Positions 28,276-37,623 are shown, counted from the stretch's first letter. The stretch is 64,000 nucleotides of DNA from an uncultured bacterium (GCA_964511015.1 CAZEDX010000014.1:10979-74978), one strand, 5' to 3'. The notes: generated from the letters alone by a model not told the origin. Made by a program: numbers and translations.

Positions 28276-28713
28276 TTGTTCGATTGGCTATATTTTTGGT
28301 TCATTCGTAGCGACGGTTGGCAAGCCATGGTCGCCGGTGTGATGGGTGGTCTGGCGGTCCAGGCATTGGTCAACGGTATGTGGCGGGCTTACCACCGCAG
28401 TTGGCCGAAAATCGGGTGCGTTTTCTATTTTGCCAAGCTGACAACTTGGCTTCTTGTCCCGTACAACCTTCTCTCCTGGTACGCGTTGGGGATTGGGACC
28501 ATTGCGAACTACTACGATGGCTACCGAGGTTTCTTTCTTATCCTCCAATACGCACTCATTCGAATTCCTGTGCTAGCGTTCGTTGCGAAGCGAAAAGACT
28601 TTGTTGTTTTCGATCTGATTTCCATCGTGTTCGAAGCGGCAATCGTTCATGCCTTGTACGGTTGGATACTGGTTCACATCTATCACTTCAACGTCGCGTC
28701 TTTGATGCAGTGA
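28276..28713 (+). CDS. Small membrane protein, paralog of 27754-28251 (second immunity-like gene)
   Basis: Shared blocks KL[VT]TWL[VL]VPY and RKKDVVPFEF / KRKDFVVFDL. Same TM topology. Confidence 0.55.
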   Translation: MFDWLYFWFIRSDGWQAMVAGVMGGLAVQALVNGMWRAYHRSWPKIGCVFYFAKLTTWLLVPYNLLSWYALGIGTIANYYDGYRGFFLILQYALIRIPVLAFVAKRKDFVVFDLISIVFEAAIVHALYGWILVHIYHFNVASLMQ

Positions 28714-28991
28714 TTGCCTAGCGGAACTTCTGACTTCCTGACCACCCACCTGGCCGACGGGGTGGGGGAGATCATCGACCCGCTGGCGGCGCGGTAGGGG
28801 GCGCCCACCGATCTTGCCGCTTTTTCGGCCCCCGGGGGGCTTGCCGTAAGCCCTCGGGATGTGTACCTTTCGCACGCCCGGAGAGGTCTAAACTTTCCAC
28901 CGAGAAGGGGTGTCGGATAGGCACCGGGTGAGGTGGAACGTAGGGATTTTCCAGCAACGGCCGACGGGCGAACGAGAAGGAATAGCGGACG

Positions 28992-30470
28992 ATGAAGACA
29001 AAAGCTTTGTATGTGTTTGTGTTATTGGTGGTTTTCGTTGCATCGGCAGCGGTGGTCGGCGGCTGCGGTGGGAAGTCGGAAAAGCCGAAAGACCTGAAGC
29101 CCACCCCCGAAGTGGTCGAGGGCGAGGGCGGCCCGCAGATCCCCGGCGCGACCGGCTATTCGGACATTGCCGAACGGGCGGTGAAAAGCGTGGTCAATAT
29201 TTCCTCGACCAAGGTGATCCGCCAGCAGGGCCAGCCCAATCCGCTGTTCAATGACCCTGTGTTTCGGCGCTTTTTCGGCAACCCGTCATTTGGCGGCCCG
29301 CGCGAGCGGCGCGAGCGCGCACTGGGTTCGGGCGTGATCGTCAGCAAGGACGGCTACATCCTGACCAACAACCACATGGTCGCCGACGCGACCAAGGTAA
29401 TGGTGCAGTTCAATGACGGCCGCGAGGTCGAGGCGAAAATCGTCGGCACCGACGAGAAGACCGACCTGGCCGTGATTAAGGTGGAAGAGAAAGAACTCGA
29501 ACCGCTCCCGCTAGGCGATTCCGACCAGCTTCGCCTGGGCGAGGTCGTGCTGGCTATCGGCAATCCGTTCGGCCTGGGCAACACGGTGACCATGGGCATC
29601 GTCAGCGCCAAGGGCCGCACGAACATGGACATTCTCGACTACGAGGACTTCATTCAGACCGACGCGGCGATCAACGTCGGCAACTCCGGCGGCGCGCTGA
29701 TAAACACGCGCGGCCAGCTCGTCGGCATCAACACCGCGATCTTCTCGCGCAGCGGCGGTTCGGAAGGCGTCGGCTTCGCCATTCCGATCAACCTGGCGCG
29801 TTCGGTGATGAACGACCTGGTGCAGTACGGCGAAGTCCGGCGCGGCTACGTCGGCATCTTCGTGCAAGACGTCAATCCGGGCCTGGCCGAACACTTCGGG
29901 CTCGACAAGCCGACCGGCGCGCTGGTCAGCGATGTGGCGGCCAACAGCCCCGCGGCCGAGGGCGGCCTGCAGCGCGGCGACATCATTCTCGAATACAACG
30001 GCAAAGAAGTGCCGAACGCGACGCAGTTGCGCAACACCGTGGCGCAAACCGAAATCGGCAGTGAGGTGGCGCTGGTGGTGCTGCGCAACAAGAACAAGAT
30101 CGATCTGAAGGTGAAGGTGGCCCGCCGTCCGGCCGATGAGGCGACCGCCAACCGCCAGCCGCAGATCGAACCGCCGTCGAACGCCAACGTGCGCGTTGGC
30201 TTCGACGTGACCGATCTGTCGCCGTTCATCATTCAGCGCTTCCAGTTGCCGCCGAACCTGCGCGGCGTGGTGGTGACCAACGTGGTGCCGGACAGCCCCG
30301 CCGCCGAGGCCGGGCTGGAAACGCGCGACGTGATCACCGAAGTGAACGGCCGCCCGGTCAACGACGGCCGCGAGTTCTCGCAGATGCTCAAGAACGCCGG
30401 CAAGCATGCCGTGCTGCTGGTCTACCGCGAAGGCGGCACGATCTACGTCGATCTGCCGCTGGCGCAGTAA
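28992..30470 (+). CDS. degP: DegP/HtrA-family periplasmic serine endoprotease with two PDZ domains
   Basis: Trypsin-like domain with catalytic block GNSGGALIN and two PDZ domains. Signal/lipobox MKTKALYVFVLLVVFVASAAVVGGC. Confidence 0.9.
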   Translation: MKTKALYVFVLLVVFVASAAVVGGCGGKSEKPKDLKPTPEVVEGEGGPQIPGATGYSDIAERAVKSVVNISSTKVIRQQGQPNPLFNDPVFRRFFGNPSFGGPRERRERALGSGVIVSKDGYILTNNHMVADATKVMVQFNDGREVEAKIVGTDEKTDLAVIKVEEKELEPLPLGDSDQLRLGEVVLAIGNPFGLGNTVTMGIVSAKGRTNMDILDYEDFIQTDAAINVGNSGGALINTRGQLVGINTAIFSRSGGSEGVGFAIPINLARSVMNDLVQYGEVRRGYVGIFVQDVNPGLAEHFGLDKPTGALVSDVAANSPAAEGGLQRGDIILEYNGKEVPNATQLRNTVAQTEIGSEVALVVLRNKNKIDLKVKVARRPADEATANRQPQIEPPSNANVRVGFDVTDLSPFIIQRFQLPPNLRGVVVTNVVPDSPAAEAGLETRDVITEVNGRPVNDGREFSQMLKNAGKHAVLLVYREGGTIYVDLPLAQ

Positions 30471-30477
30471 GCGGTCC

Positions 30478-31137
30478 TTGACCATTCGCGCCACGAAGAT
30501 CCAGAGCCGGGCGGAAGAGGTCGTCAACGGCATCACGCACGGGCTCGGCGCCGCTCTCGCTGTCGTCGCGCTCGTGCTGTTGATCGTGTATGCCGTCTGG
30601 TACGGCGACACCTGGCGCGTGGTCGCGGTGAGCATCTACGGCGCGACGTTGGTGCTGTTGTTTCTCGCTTCGACGCTCTACCATCTGTTCACTCGCCCGC
30701 GCGCTAAAGAGGCGCTGCACCTGGCCGATCACGCAGCGATCTATGCGCTGATCGCCGGCACGTATACGCCGTTTCTGCTGGTCAACATGCGCGGGGCCTG
30801 GGGTTGGTCGATGCTTGGCGTGATCTGGGGCCTGGCCGTGACCGGCATCACGCTCACGCTGGCGCAGATCAAACGCCTGCAGAAGGCCCCGGTGCTGATC
30901 TATCTCGGCATGGGCTGGCTGATGATCGTCGCGATCGTGCCGCTGATGCGTTCGGTGGCCAGAGGCGGACTGCTCTGGCTCGCTGCCGGCGGCCTGCTCT
31001 ACAGCTTGGGCGTGATCTTCTATCGCTGGAAAGGCCTGCGCTTCAATCATGCCGTCTGGCATGTCTTCGTGCTGGCCGCCAGCGCCTGCCATTTCTTCGC
31101 CGTGCTGGGCTACGTGGTGCTTGCGCCGGGGGTATAG
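30478..31137 (+). CDS. Hemolysin-III / PAQR-family membrane protein
   Basis: 7 TM. Conserved VNGITHGLGAAL and HAVWHVFVLAASACHF blocks. TTG start proposed just after the degP stop, because the in-frame ATG at 30406 would overlap degP by 65 nt. Confidence 0.7.
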   Translation: MTIRATKIQSRAEEVVNGITHGLGAALAVVALVLLIVYAVWYGDTWRVVAVSIYGATLVLLFLASTLYHLFTRPRAKEALHLADHAAIYALIAGTYTPFLLVNMRGAWGWSMLGVIWGLAVTGITLTLAQIKRLQKAPVLIYLGMGWLMIVAIVPLMRSVARGGLLWLAAGGLLYSLGVIFYRWKGLRFNHAVWHVFVLAASACHFFAVLGYVVLAPGV

Positions 31138-31204
31138 GGCGGCGGCAACAAACGGCCTGCATTGGCCATCAGCCACACTCCCCATACCTACGTTTTTACC
31201 GCTC

Positions 31205-31227
31205 CATTACGAAACGTGATGTTTCGT
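31205..31227 (+). promoter_or_regulatory. Conserved upstream element CATTACGAAACGTGA with dyad ACGAAAC-GTGAT-GTTTCGT; putative enhancer-binding-protein site for the pilin-like gene
   Basis: Same 15-mer recurs at 32253-32267, upstream of the paralog. Each lies ~105 bp upstream of a sigma54-type promoter. Confidence 0.45.
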
Positions 31228-31310
31228 CGATTTCGTCTCGGGTGGCGGACGCGGTGCCGGCGGCGCGCAACCTTCTGACATCAGGTGACAAATTCCTCCG
31301 AAACGGTGTT

Positions 31311-31327
31311 TGGCACGGGTCCTGCTT
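31311..31327 (+). promoter_or_regulatory. sigma54-type promoter TGGCACgggtccTGCtt (GG-N10-GC)
   Basis: Matches TGGCAC-N5-TTGCW with correct spacing. 33 bp upstream of the ATG at 31360. Confidence 0.55.
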
Positions 31328-31359
31328 TTATTCCCCGCACAACACGGAGGAGCGAGAAA

Positions 31360-32145
31360 ATGAGGCAGCGTCGATCGGACCGAAACGGTCAAAAAGGTTT
31401 CACTTTGACTGAACTTCTGGTGGTGATCGCGGTGATCGGCATTCTCGCCGGCATCGCGCTTCCGCGCCTGGTCGGTTATCGCGACGAGGCGGACAAGGTG
31501 TTTGCCCTCGACCAGCTCCGCGATTTGCAGGCGCTGGCGACGGTGTATTACCACGAACACGAGCAGCCGCCGACGATCGAGGAGCTGAGCGCGCAATACA
31601 ACCGCTCGCACAACGACAAGATCATCGGCCGGTGGGCCGTGATGTCGGTCGGCTACGGGCAGAGCTCGGTAAAGTTGGCTGAAGGAGGCGTCAACGGTTA
31701 CCAGCCGGCTTACATCATCTGCAGCACGTACGAGATCCGTAACGTGGCGTATGTGTACGGCCTCGACGACAAACCGCCTGAGGTGGCGAAGGTGGGCTCC
31801 GACCCGATCGGTATCGGCCAGTGCGGACCGAGCACGGGGTCGGCGCCTGCCCAACCGGCGGCCCCGGTACCGACGCCCGAGCCGCCGGCCAACCCCCCGG
31901 CCAGTCCGCCGCCGACCAACAATCCGCCGGAGCAGCCCCCCGGCAATCCGTCTGGCGGCAACCCGCTGTCGAACGAATGCAACGTCGACGAGCAGTGCCC
32001 GTGTGAAAACAATTGGCCGAACCATGGTCAGTACGAGAACTGTGTGGTCCACTTGGCCAACGAATGCTGGAAAGCCGGCAAGATCAGCAAGGAAACCCGC
32101 CAGCAGTGGGTCACCGATGCAGCCCATAGCATTTGCGGGATGTAG
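31360..32145 (+). CDS. Type IV pilin-like / pseudopilin protein with Pro-rich linker and a Cys-rich C-terminal module
   Basis: Prepilin cleavage/methylation motif KG|FTLTELLVVIAVIGILAGIAL. GGAGG RBS. C-terminus CPCENNWPNHGQYENCVVHLANECWKAGKISKETRQQWVTDAAHSICGM. Confidence 0.8.
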   Translation: MRQRRSDRNGQKGFTLTELLVVIAVIGILAGIALPRLVGYRDEADKVFALDQLRDLQALATVYYHEHEQPPTIEELSAQYNRSHNDKIIGRWAVMSVGYGQSSVKLAEGGVNGYQPAYIICSTYEIRNVAYVYGLDDKPPEVAKVGSDPIGIGQCGPSTGSAPAQPAAPVPTPEPPANPPASPPPTNNPPEQPPGNPSGGNPLSNECNVDEQCPCENNWPNHGQYENCVVHLANECWKAGKISKETRQQWVTDAAHSICGM

Positions 32146-32357
32146 CGCGGCGAGAGTATACCTCCCACGGTACGGCCACTGGGTCTGGAGGGAGACCCGG
32201 TGGCCGTCGCGTTTTTGTTTCCGATAGCCCATTCCGTCGGAAAGAAACGATGCATTACGAAACGTGAGACTGTTTCCCGCGCTTCGACGGGCACGGATAC
32301 TCGCCTTTCATGGCCAACCTGCCGAAATTTCTATATCGGATGGACGACTCCGATGTT

Positions 32358-32373
32358 TGGCATGAGTTCTGCC
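32358..32373 (+). promoter_or_regulatory. sigma54-type promoter TGGCATgagttcTGCca
   Basis: GG-N10-GC spacing. ~25 bp upstream of the paralog start. Confidence 0.5.
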
Positions 32374-32396
32374 ATACATAGCCACTGGAGGGGCAG

Positions 32397-33173
32397 GTGT
32401 TGTTGAAATGTTGCCAGGGGCAGAAAAGAGCTAGCGGCTTCACATTGGTGGATGTCCTGCTGGCCATCACGGTGGTGGGGATCATCACCGCCGGCGCGCT
32501 GAACCAGGGATTGGTCCAGCGTTTGCGGGCGAGTACCCGGTCTGCTGTGAGCGAATTGAATGCCTTGCGCGATTTGGCCGACCAGCACTATCTCCTCAAC
32601 GGCCGGGCTCCGACGGTCGGCCAGTTGCGCACCATGTACCACAACCGCCACCACAAACCGGTGGTCGGCCGCTGGGTCGTGCTCGATGGCAAATCGCTGC
32701 CGCTGCCCGAAGACGGCATCCGCGGCTACCACCCGGCTTACGTCATCTGCAGCACGTTTCGGATCCCGAACGCCGACTACGTCTACGTGATGGACGGGCA
32801 CCAGCCGGAATTCGCCGGCGTCGGCGACGACCCGCTCGGCGTCGGCCAGTGCGGACCGGCGGCGTGGGCCTATGCCGAGGGCGTCGATCCTTACCAGCCC
32901 GAGCCGGAAGTGCTTCGCCCGTCGGTAACCGTGTACAAGGCGGAGCCGCTGCCGAAGGTCAAACCGCGGCTGCTGGAAGAGCCGAAGGTCGAGGAAGTCG
33001 ACGTATGCGCCCTCGACCGCCGCTGCCCCTGCCAGTCCACCTGGGCCAACCGCGGCGAATACGAAGACTGCGTGAAGGACGTGGCTCGCGAATGCAACGA
33101 ATCGGGCCGCATCGGTCAGGACGTCCGCGAGCAGTGGCTCGCCGAAGCACGCGCCAGCATCTGCGGTCTGTGA
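32397..33173 (+). CDS. Type IV pilin-like protein, paralog of 31360-32145
   Basis: SG|FTLVDVLLAITVVGIITAGAL. Shares GYHPAYVICSTF and the C-terminal CPCQSTWANRGEYEDCV...ECNESGRIGQDVREQWLAEARASICGL module. Start is GTG at 32397 or TTG at 32403, with a GGAGGGG RBS. Confidence 0.75.
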   Translation: MLLKCCQGQKRASGFTLVDVLLAITVVGIITAGALNQGLVQRLRASTRSAVSELNALRDLADQHYLLNGRAPTVGQLRTMYHNRHHKPVVGRWVVLDGKSLPLPEDGIRGYHPAYVICSTFRIPNADYVYVMDGHQPEFAGVGDDPLGVGQCGPAAWAYAEGVDPYQPEPEVLRPSVTVYKAEPLPKVKPRLLEEPKVEEVDVCALDRRCPCQSTWANRGEYEDCVKDVARECNESGRIGQDVREQWLAEARASICGL

Positions 33174-33323
33174 GCGCGGAAAGAGTCCGGGGGATCCGAG
33201 ACCCGGCGCCCGGCACCTGATTCCCCAAGCCTCAAGTCCTCATCTCTTCGTCATGCCGTCCATCCGTTGACACCGCCTCCGGCATGACCGAATCTGAAGC
33301 CTGAACCACCGGCGAGGAAGACG

Positions 33324-34706
33324 ATGAATCCGGCGATCTATGCGGGTCGGCGCGCGAAGCTGCGCGAGTTGGTGAGCGAGGGAGCGATTCTGTTGTTGGG
33401 CAACGCGGAGGCGCCGCGGAACTACGCGGCCAACGCGTATCCGTTTCGACAGGATGCGACGTTCCTCTACTACACCGGGCTGGCGGTGCCGCAGCAGGCG
33501 CTGCTGATTCTGCCCGACGGCCACGAGATTCTGTTCGGCGAGCCGGTGACGATGGACGACGTGATCTGGATGGGGCCGCAGCCGGCGGTGCACGAGTATG
33601 CGGAAACGGCGAACATCGGCGACATCGGCAACCTCGAGTGGCTCAAGCAGACACTCGACAAACTGCGCGCACAGAACGTGACGATCCACTATCTGCCGCC
33701 CTATCGCGGCGAGCGCACGCTGTGGCTGGCGAAGCTGCTCGACTATGCGCCGGCGCACGTGGCCGAGGGCGTGTCGACGGCGCTGGTGCAGGCGGTGGTG
33801 AAGCAGCGCAGTCTCAAGTCGCCGGAGGAGATCGTCGAGATCGAAAACGCGATCGGCGCGACGGCGGCGATGATGCAGGTGGCGTTGCAAACCATTCGGC
33901 CGGGCGTGCCCGAATCGATGGTCGCCGGGTTGATGCAGGGCGTGGCCCTGGCGTTGGGCCGGCAACAGGCGTTCCTGCCGATCGTTTCGGTGCGCGGCGA
34001 GGTGCTGCACAACAACTACTACGGCAACGTCATGCAGCCCGGGCATCTGCTGCTGATCGACTGCGGCGCCGAATCGCCGCGCGGCTACGCCGGCGACATC
34101 ACGCGCACCTTCCCGGTCAGCGGCCAGTTCACCGAGCCGCAGCGCGAGATTTACGAAGTCGTGCTGCGTGCGCAACAGGCGGTCATCGACACCGCCTCGC
34201 CCCGTGTGACCAACCGCGATCTGCATTTCGTCGCCGCGCGCGCCATCGCCGCCGGGCTGAAAGACCTCGGCCTGATGCGGGGCGATGTCGACGAAGCGGT
34301 GCAGGCCGGCGCGCACGCGCTGTTCTTCCCGCACGGCATCGGCCACATGCTGGGGCTGGACGTGCACGACATGGAAGACCTGGGCGACGCGGTGGGCTAC
34401 GCGCCGGGCGACGAGCGCTCGCCGCAGTTCGGGCTGTCGTTCCTGCGCCTGGCCCGCGCGCTCGAGCCGGGCTTCGTCATCACCGACGAGCCGGGTGTCT
34501 ACTTCATTCCGCCGCTCATCGACCAGTGGACCACGGAGAAACGCCACGAGTCGTTCATCAACTACGAGCTGCTCGCGCGGTACCGCGACTTCGGCGGCAT
34601 CCGTATCGAAGACGATCTGCTGATCACCGACACCGGCGCGCGCGTGCTCGGCACCGGCATTGTCAAAGCGGTGAAAGACATCGAAGCGGCGATGAAGAGG
34701 GGGTAG
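33324..34706 (+). CDS. pepP: Xaa-Pro aminopeptidase (M24B)
   Basis: 460 aa. M24 metal-ligand blocks including HGIGHMLGLDVHD. Confidence 0.85.
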   Translation: MNPAIYAGRRAKLRELVSEGAILLLGNAEAPRNYAANAYPFRQDATFLYYTGLAVPQQALLILPDGHEILFGEPVTMDDVIWMGPQPAVHEYAETANIGDIGNLEWLKQTLDKLRAQNVTIHYLPPYRGERTLWLAKLLDYAPAHVAEGVSTALVQAVVKQRSLKSPEEIVEIENAIGATAAMMQVALQTIRPGVPESMVAGLMQGVALALGRQQAFLPIVSVRGEVLHNNYYGNVMQPGHLLLIDCGAESPRGYAGDITRTFPVSGQFTEPQREIYEVVLRAQQAVIDTASPRVTNRDLHFVAARAIAAGLKDLGLMRGDVDEAVQAGAHALFFPHGIGHMLGLDVHDMEDLGDAVGYAPGDERSPQFGLSFLRLARALEPGFVITDEPGVYFIPPLIDQWTTEKRHESFINYELLARYRDFGGIRIEDDLLITDTGARVLGTGIVKAVKDIEAAMKRG

Positions 34707-34726
34707 GGGCTGCGGCCGCCGCCGGG

Positions 34727-35077
34727 CTATTTCTTTTCCGCCACGCAGCCATCCGCCGGCGTACACACCAAGGGCGAAGTTTCGCCGCCGCGTTGCACGG
34801 TCAGGCGGTAACCTTCGTTGACCGCGTCAAAACGGAAGGTGATCTGCGGATCGTCGGTCAACGTGGCGTCCAGCGCCAGCAGTTCCTCGAGCGAAGACGC
34901 AAAGCGCGCCTCGCCGCCGGGCGCCGATTGATAGAGCATCTCCTGCGCCGTGGCCGCGCGCTGCGCGTGTTGCCGCACCGCATCGGGCACGTTGGCGGCC
35001 GGCGCGGATTTGCCGCAGCCCGTCGCACACGCCAGGCAGCAGATCAAGCAGACGGTAAATTTCAGGTGGCGAAACAT
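34727..35077 (-). CDS. Hypothetical lipoprotein
   Basis: Signal/lipobox MFRHLKFTVCLICCLACATGC. 116 aa. Confidence 0.5.
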   Translation of the reverse strand: MFRHLKFTVCLICCLACATGCGKSAPAANVPDAVRQHAQRAATAQEMLYQSAPGGEARFASSLEELLALDATLTDDPQITFRFDAVNEGYRLTVQRGGETSPLVCTPADGCVAEKK

Positions 35078-35385
35078 CGGCGCTTTCTAGCACAGGGACG
35101 TCGTCGAACTCAACCGGTCAAGACTCTTCGGCGGCGGTGTGCGGATGCGAGAAAATCCGGAGGCATCGCCCCGCGAACCCCTCCTCCCCTTGCAAGGGGT
35201 TCATTCAGTTTGGTTCCTCCGGACGATAGATCAATCTAGCAAAACCTTTGCCATCTTTCGGGTAAAACGCTAAGTCCAATAAGCGACTGACTTTTTCTCC
35301 GAATCGGTTTTCGCAATCGTCCAAGAATGGCCTACCGTGACGACATTTCGCGCGACGAAATGCCGCTTTTTGTCACTGTGTGTTG

Positions 35386-36033
35386 CTAAAAGAAACGATA
35401 GGAAACGCGTAATAGACCGGTGAAGTTGTTGATGCGCCGTTCGAGCGTGTGTTTCTGGCCGGCGACGATAACGTCTTCGTACACCGGCACCGGGTTGGCC
35501 AGTTCGGCGTCGGCGCCGAGGCCGAGGTAGAAGCCGGGCGTGAAGAGCTGCAGGTCGCAACCGAGCGAGGCGCCGAAGAGGAAGTAGTAGTTTTTGTCGA
35601 TCTTGTCCTTGAAGGTCAGCCACGCCCCCGGGCCGATCCAGGGCTCGATCGTCGGCGCGGTCGCGCTGGGCAGCGCGAAGATCATCCGGTAGCGTGACAC
35701 CAGACCGATGTCGTAGTAGATGTCGGGGAAGCTGTAGTAGAACGAGCCCAGCAGACCGAAGTTGCCCGGGCCGATGTCGACCAGCGAAAAGTCGACGAAG
35801 CCGCCGGTCGCCATGCCGGAGTCGCTATAGACCGACTCGTCGAGTTCTTTGCTCGCGCCCGACTGGGCGTCGACTTCCAGCGCGCGGCCGCTGTGGTAGT
35901 TTAGGCCGGTTACGATGCCGACGATGAGATTGGGCGACCGGTCTTCATCGGTTTCGCCATCGGTGGCGAAGATCACGCCCGACAGCGGCACCAGCAACAA
36001 TCCTAGCAGCAGCAACAGGGCTCGCGCTTTCAT
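35386..36033 (-). CDS. Putative outer-membrane beta-barrel protein
   Basis: Signal peptide MKARALLLLLGLLLVPLSGVIFA. Alternating amphipathic strands. C-terminal ...LLRVSYRFF with terminal Phe. Confidence 0.55.
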   Translation of the reverse strand: MKARALLLLLGLLLVPLSGVIFATDGETDEDRSPNLIVGIVTGLNYHSGRALEVDAQSGASKELDESVYSDSGMATGGFVDFSLVDIGPGNFGLLGSFYYSFPDIYYDIGLVSRYRMIFALPSATAPTIEPWIGPGAWLTFKDKIDKNYYFLFGASLGCDLQLFTPGFYLGLGADAELANPVPVYEDVIVAGQKHTLERRINNFTGLLRVSYRFF

Positions 36034-36160
36034 CGCCAGGCCTCCACGCCGACAAACCGTTGCCGCGGACGCTATCGCGTCGGCCGGGTCATGTCAACAA
36101 ACGGCGCCGCCGCCGAGCCACCGCGTTGAAATCGGAGCGTCAACATGCCTAACATGCCGC

Positions 36161-37609
36161 ATGCGCCTGATGGTCGTCATGCTGTTATGCTTGCTGTCTG
36201 CCGCTGCGCTCGCGGCCTGCGCCGGTTCGCCGGACGACGATGACGCCGCCGCCGCGCCCGACGACGATACCGACGACGATCAATCCGTCGATGACGACAC
36301 GCTTGATGACGATGCGATCGATGACGACGCCGTTGACGACGACCTGACGGATGACGACACGGCCGATGATGATGTGGCCGGTCCGTTCTGCGCCGACTTC
36401 GAGCGCTACTGGCATACGCTGGACGAGCGATATGCCTATTTCATCGAGAAGAACATCGATTGGGACGCGGTATACAGTGCCCAGCGCGACGCCGCGTGCG
36501 CCGAGGTTGATGTCGCCGCCTTTCAACTGCGGTTGGCGGCCGTCACTGCGGCGCTCGGCGACAGTCATACGTGGTCGAGCCTCAACCGCGTGCCCGCCGC
36601 GCGGCAGCCGGCGCGGGACGCGACCGGCGTGTGTCTGCAGCGCGACGCGGCCGGCGTGCATCTGTCTCATCTGACTGCTGAAGCACAAAGCGCGGGGTTG
36701 TGGTTGGGTGATCGTGTGGTTGCTTTGGACGGCGAAGCGGTCGACGCGGTACTCGCCCGCGCCCGTTCGTGGGAAGGCTGCTCGACCGATCAATGTTGTG
36801 ACCGCTGGGTGCTGCCGTATGTCGATCGCTACGCGCGCGGGCCGCAACAGGTGGTCTATACGGTCGAACGCGACGGCGAGCAAATGGAAATTCCACTCGC
36901 GCGAAATGGATCGGCCTGGTACGGCACATGCCAGAGCGACCCCTTGCGCGAGTTTCTCGCCGACGCCGCCGGCACCTATGTCCATGCCAAGCCGATCGGC
37001 GACGATTTGGCGTACGTGCAACTGACCAATCTCAACGACGGCTATCAAGAGGCGATTCTGCGGGAGCTCGACGCCGCGCTGGCGGCGTTTGCCGATCGCG
37101 ATGGACTCGTGTTCGACGTGCGCGACAACCATGGCGGCTCGGATCTGGTGGCCATGGCCGTGCTGGCCCGGTTTCTGGGCGAGGTGATCTGGCCCGTGCA
37201 TGTGCGCTACAAACTCGGCCCAGCGCACGACTCGTTCACGCCGTGGATTCCGGAACCGATTCTTCCTGGCCTGGCGCCGACCAGCCAACCGGTGGTGTTG
37301 CTCGTCAACGGCGGCTGCCTCAGCGCGGCCGACTTTTTTGTCGCCGGCGCATCGCTGGTCCCTTCGTTTACCCTGCTAGGCACTACTTCCTGTGGCGGCA
37401 CCGGCGCGCCCGACCATGACGTGCTGCCGATCTCGCAGACTACGTATTACTTCTCTCAGATGCAGCGGCGGTATGTACCGACCTGGGAACAGATCGAAGG
37501 GCGCGGCATCGATCCCGACATTGTTGTCGAACCCGATCCGGCTGATCTGGCCGCCGGTATCGACACCCAACTAGCCGCCGCGATCGCATGGTTGCGGGCC
37601 GGTCGCTAG
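36161..37609 (+). CDS. Lipoprotein with poly-Asp tether and S41-family (tail-specific-protease-like) peptidase domain
   Basis: Start at MRLMVVMLLCLLSAAALAAC. Linker DDDDAAAAPDDDTDDDQSVDDDTLDDDAIDDDAVDDDLTDDDTADDD. S41-like blocks VFDVRDNHGG and VVLLVNGGCLSAADFF. Confidence 0.6.
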   Translation: MRLMVVMLLCLLSAAALAACAGSPDDDDAAAAPDDDTDDDQSVDDDTLDDDAIDDDAVDDDLTDDDTADDDVAGPFCADFERYWHTLDERYAYFIEKNIDWDAVYSAQRDAACAEVDVAAFQLRLAAVTAALGDSHTWSSLNRVPAARQPARDATGVCLQRDAAGVHLSHLTAEAQSAGLWLGDRVVALDGEAVDAVLARARSWEGCSTDQCCDRWVLPYVDRYARGPQQVVYTVERDGEQMEIPLARNGSAWYGTCQSDPLREFLADAAGTYVHAKPIGDDLAYVQLTNLNDGYQEAILRELDAALAAFADRDGLVFDVRDNHGGSDLVAMAVLARFLGEVIWPVHVRYKLGPAHDSFTPWIPEPILPGLAPTSQPVVLLVNGGCLSAADFFVAGASLVPSFTLLGTTSCGGTGAPDHDVLPISQTTYYFSQMQRRYVPTWEQIEGRGIDPDIVVEPDPADLAAGIDTQLAAAIAWLRAGR

Positions 37610-37623
37610 GCGGCGGAGGTAGC

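Noticed and set aside
28725-28760. sigma-E type promoter (GGAACTT ... TCTGA) upstream of degP.
   Set aside because: The -10-like element follows immediately rather than after ~16 bp. It also lies ~260 bp from the start codon, so the spacing is wrong.
35342-35375. Hairpin CATTTCG-cgcga-CGAAATG followed by a T-run on the plus strand, which could mark a small RNA or terminator.
   Set aside because: No plus-strand gene ends nearby, and the flanking minus-strand OMP gene would not use it. The case is too weak to call.
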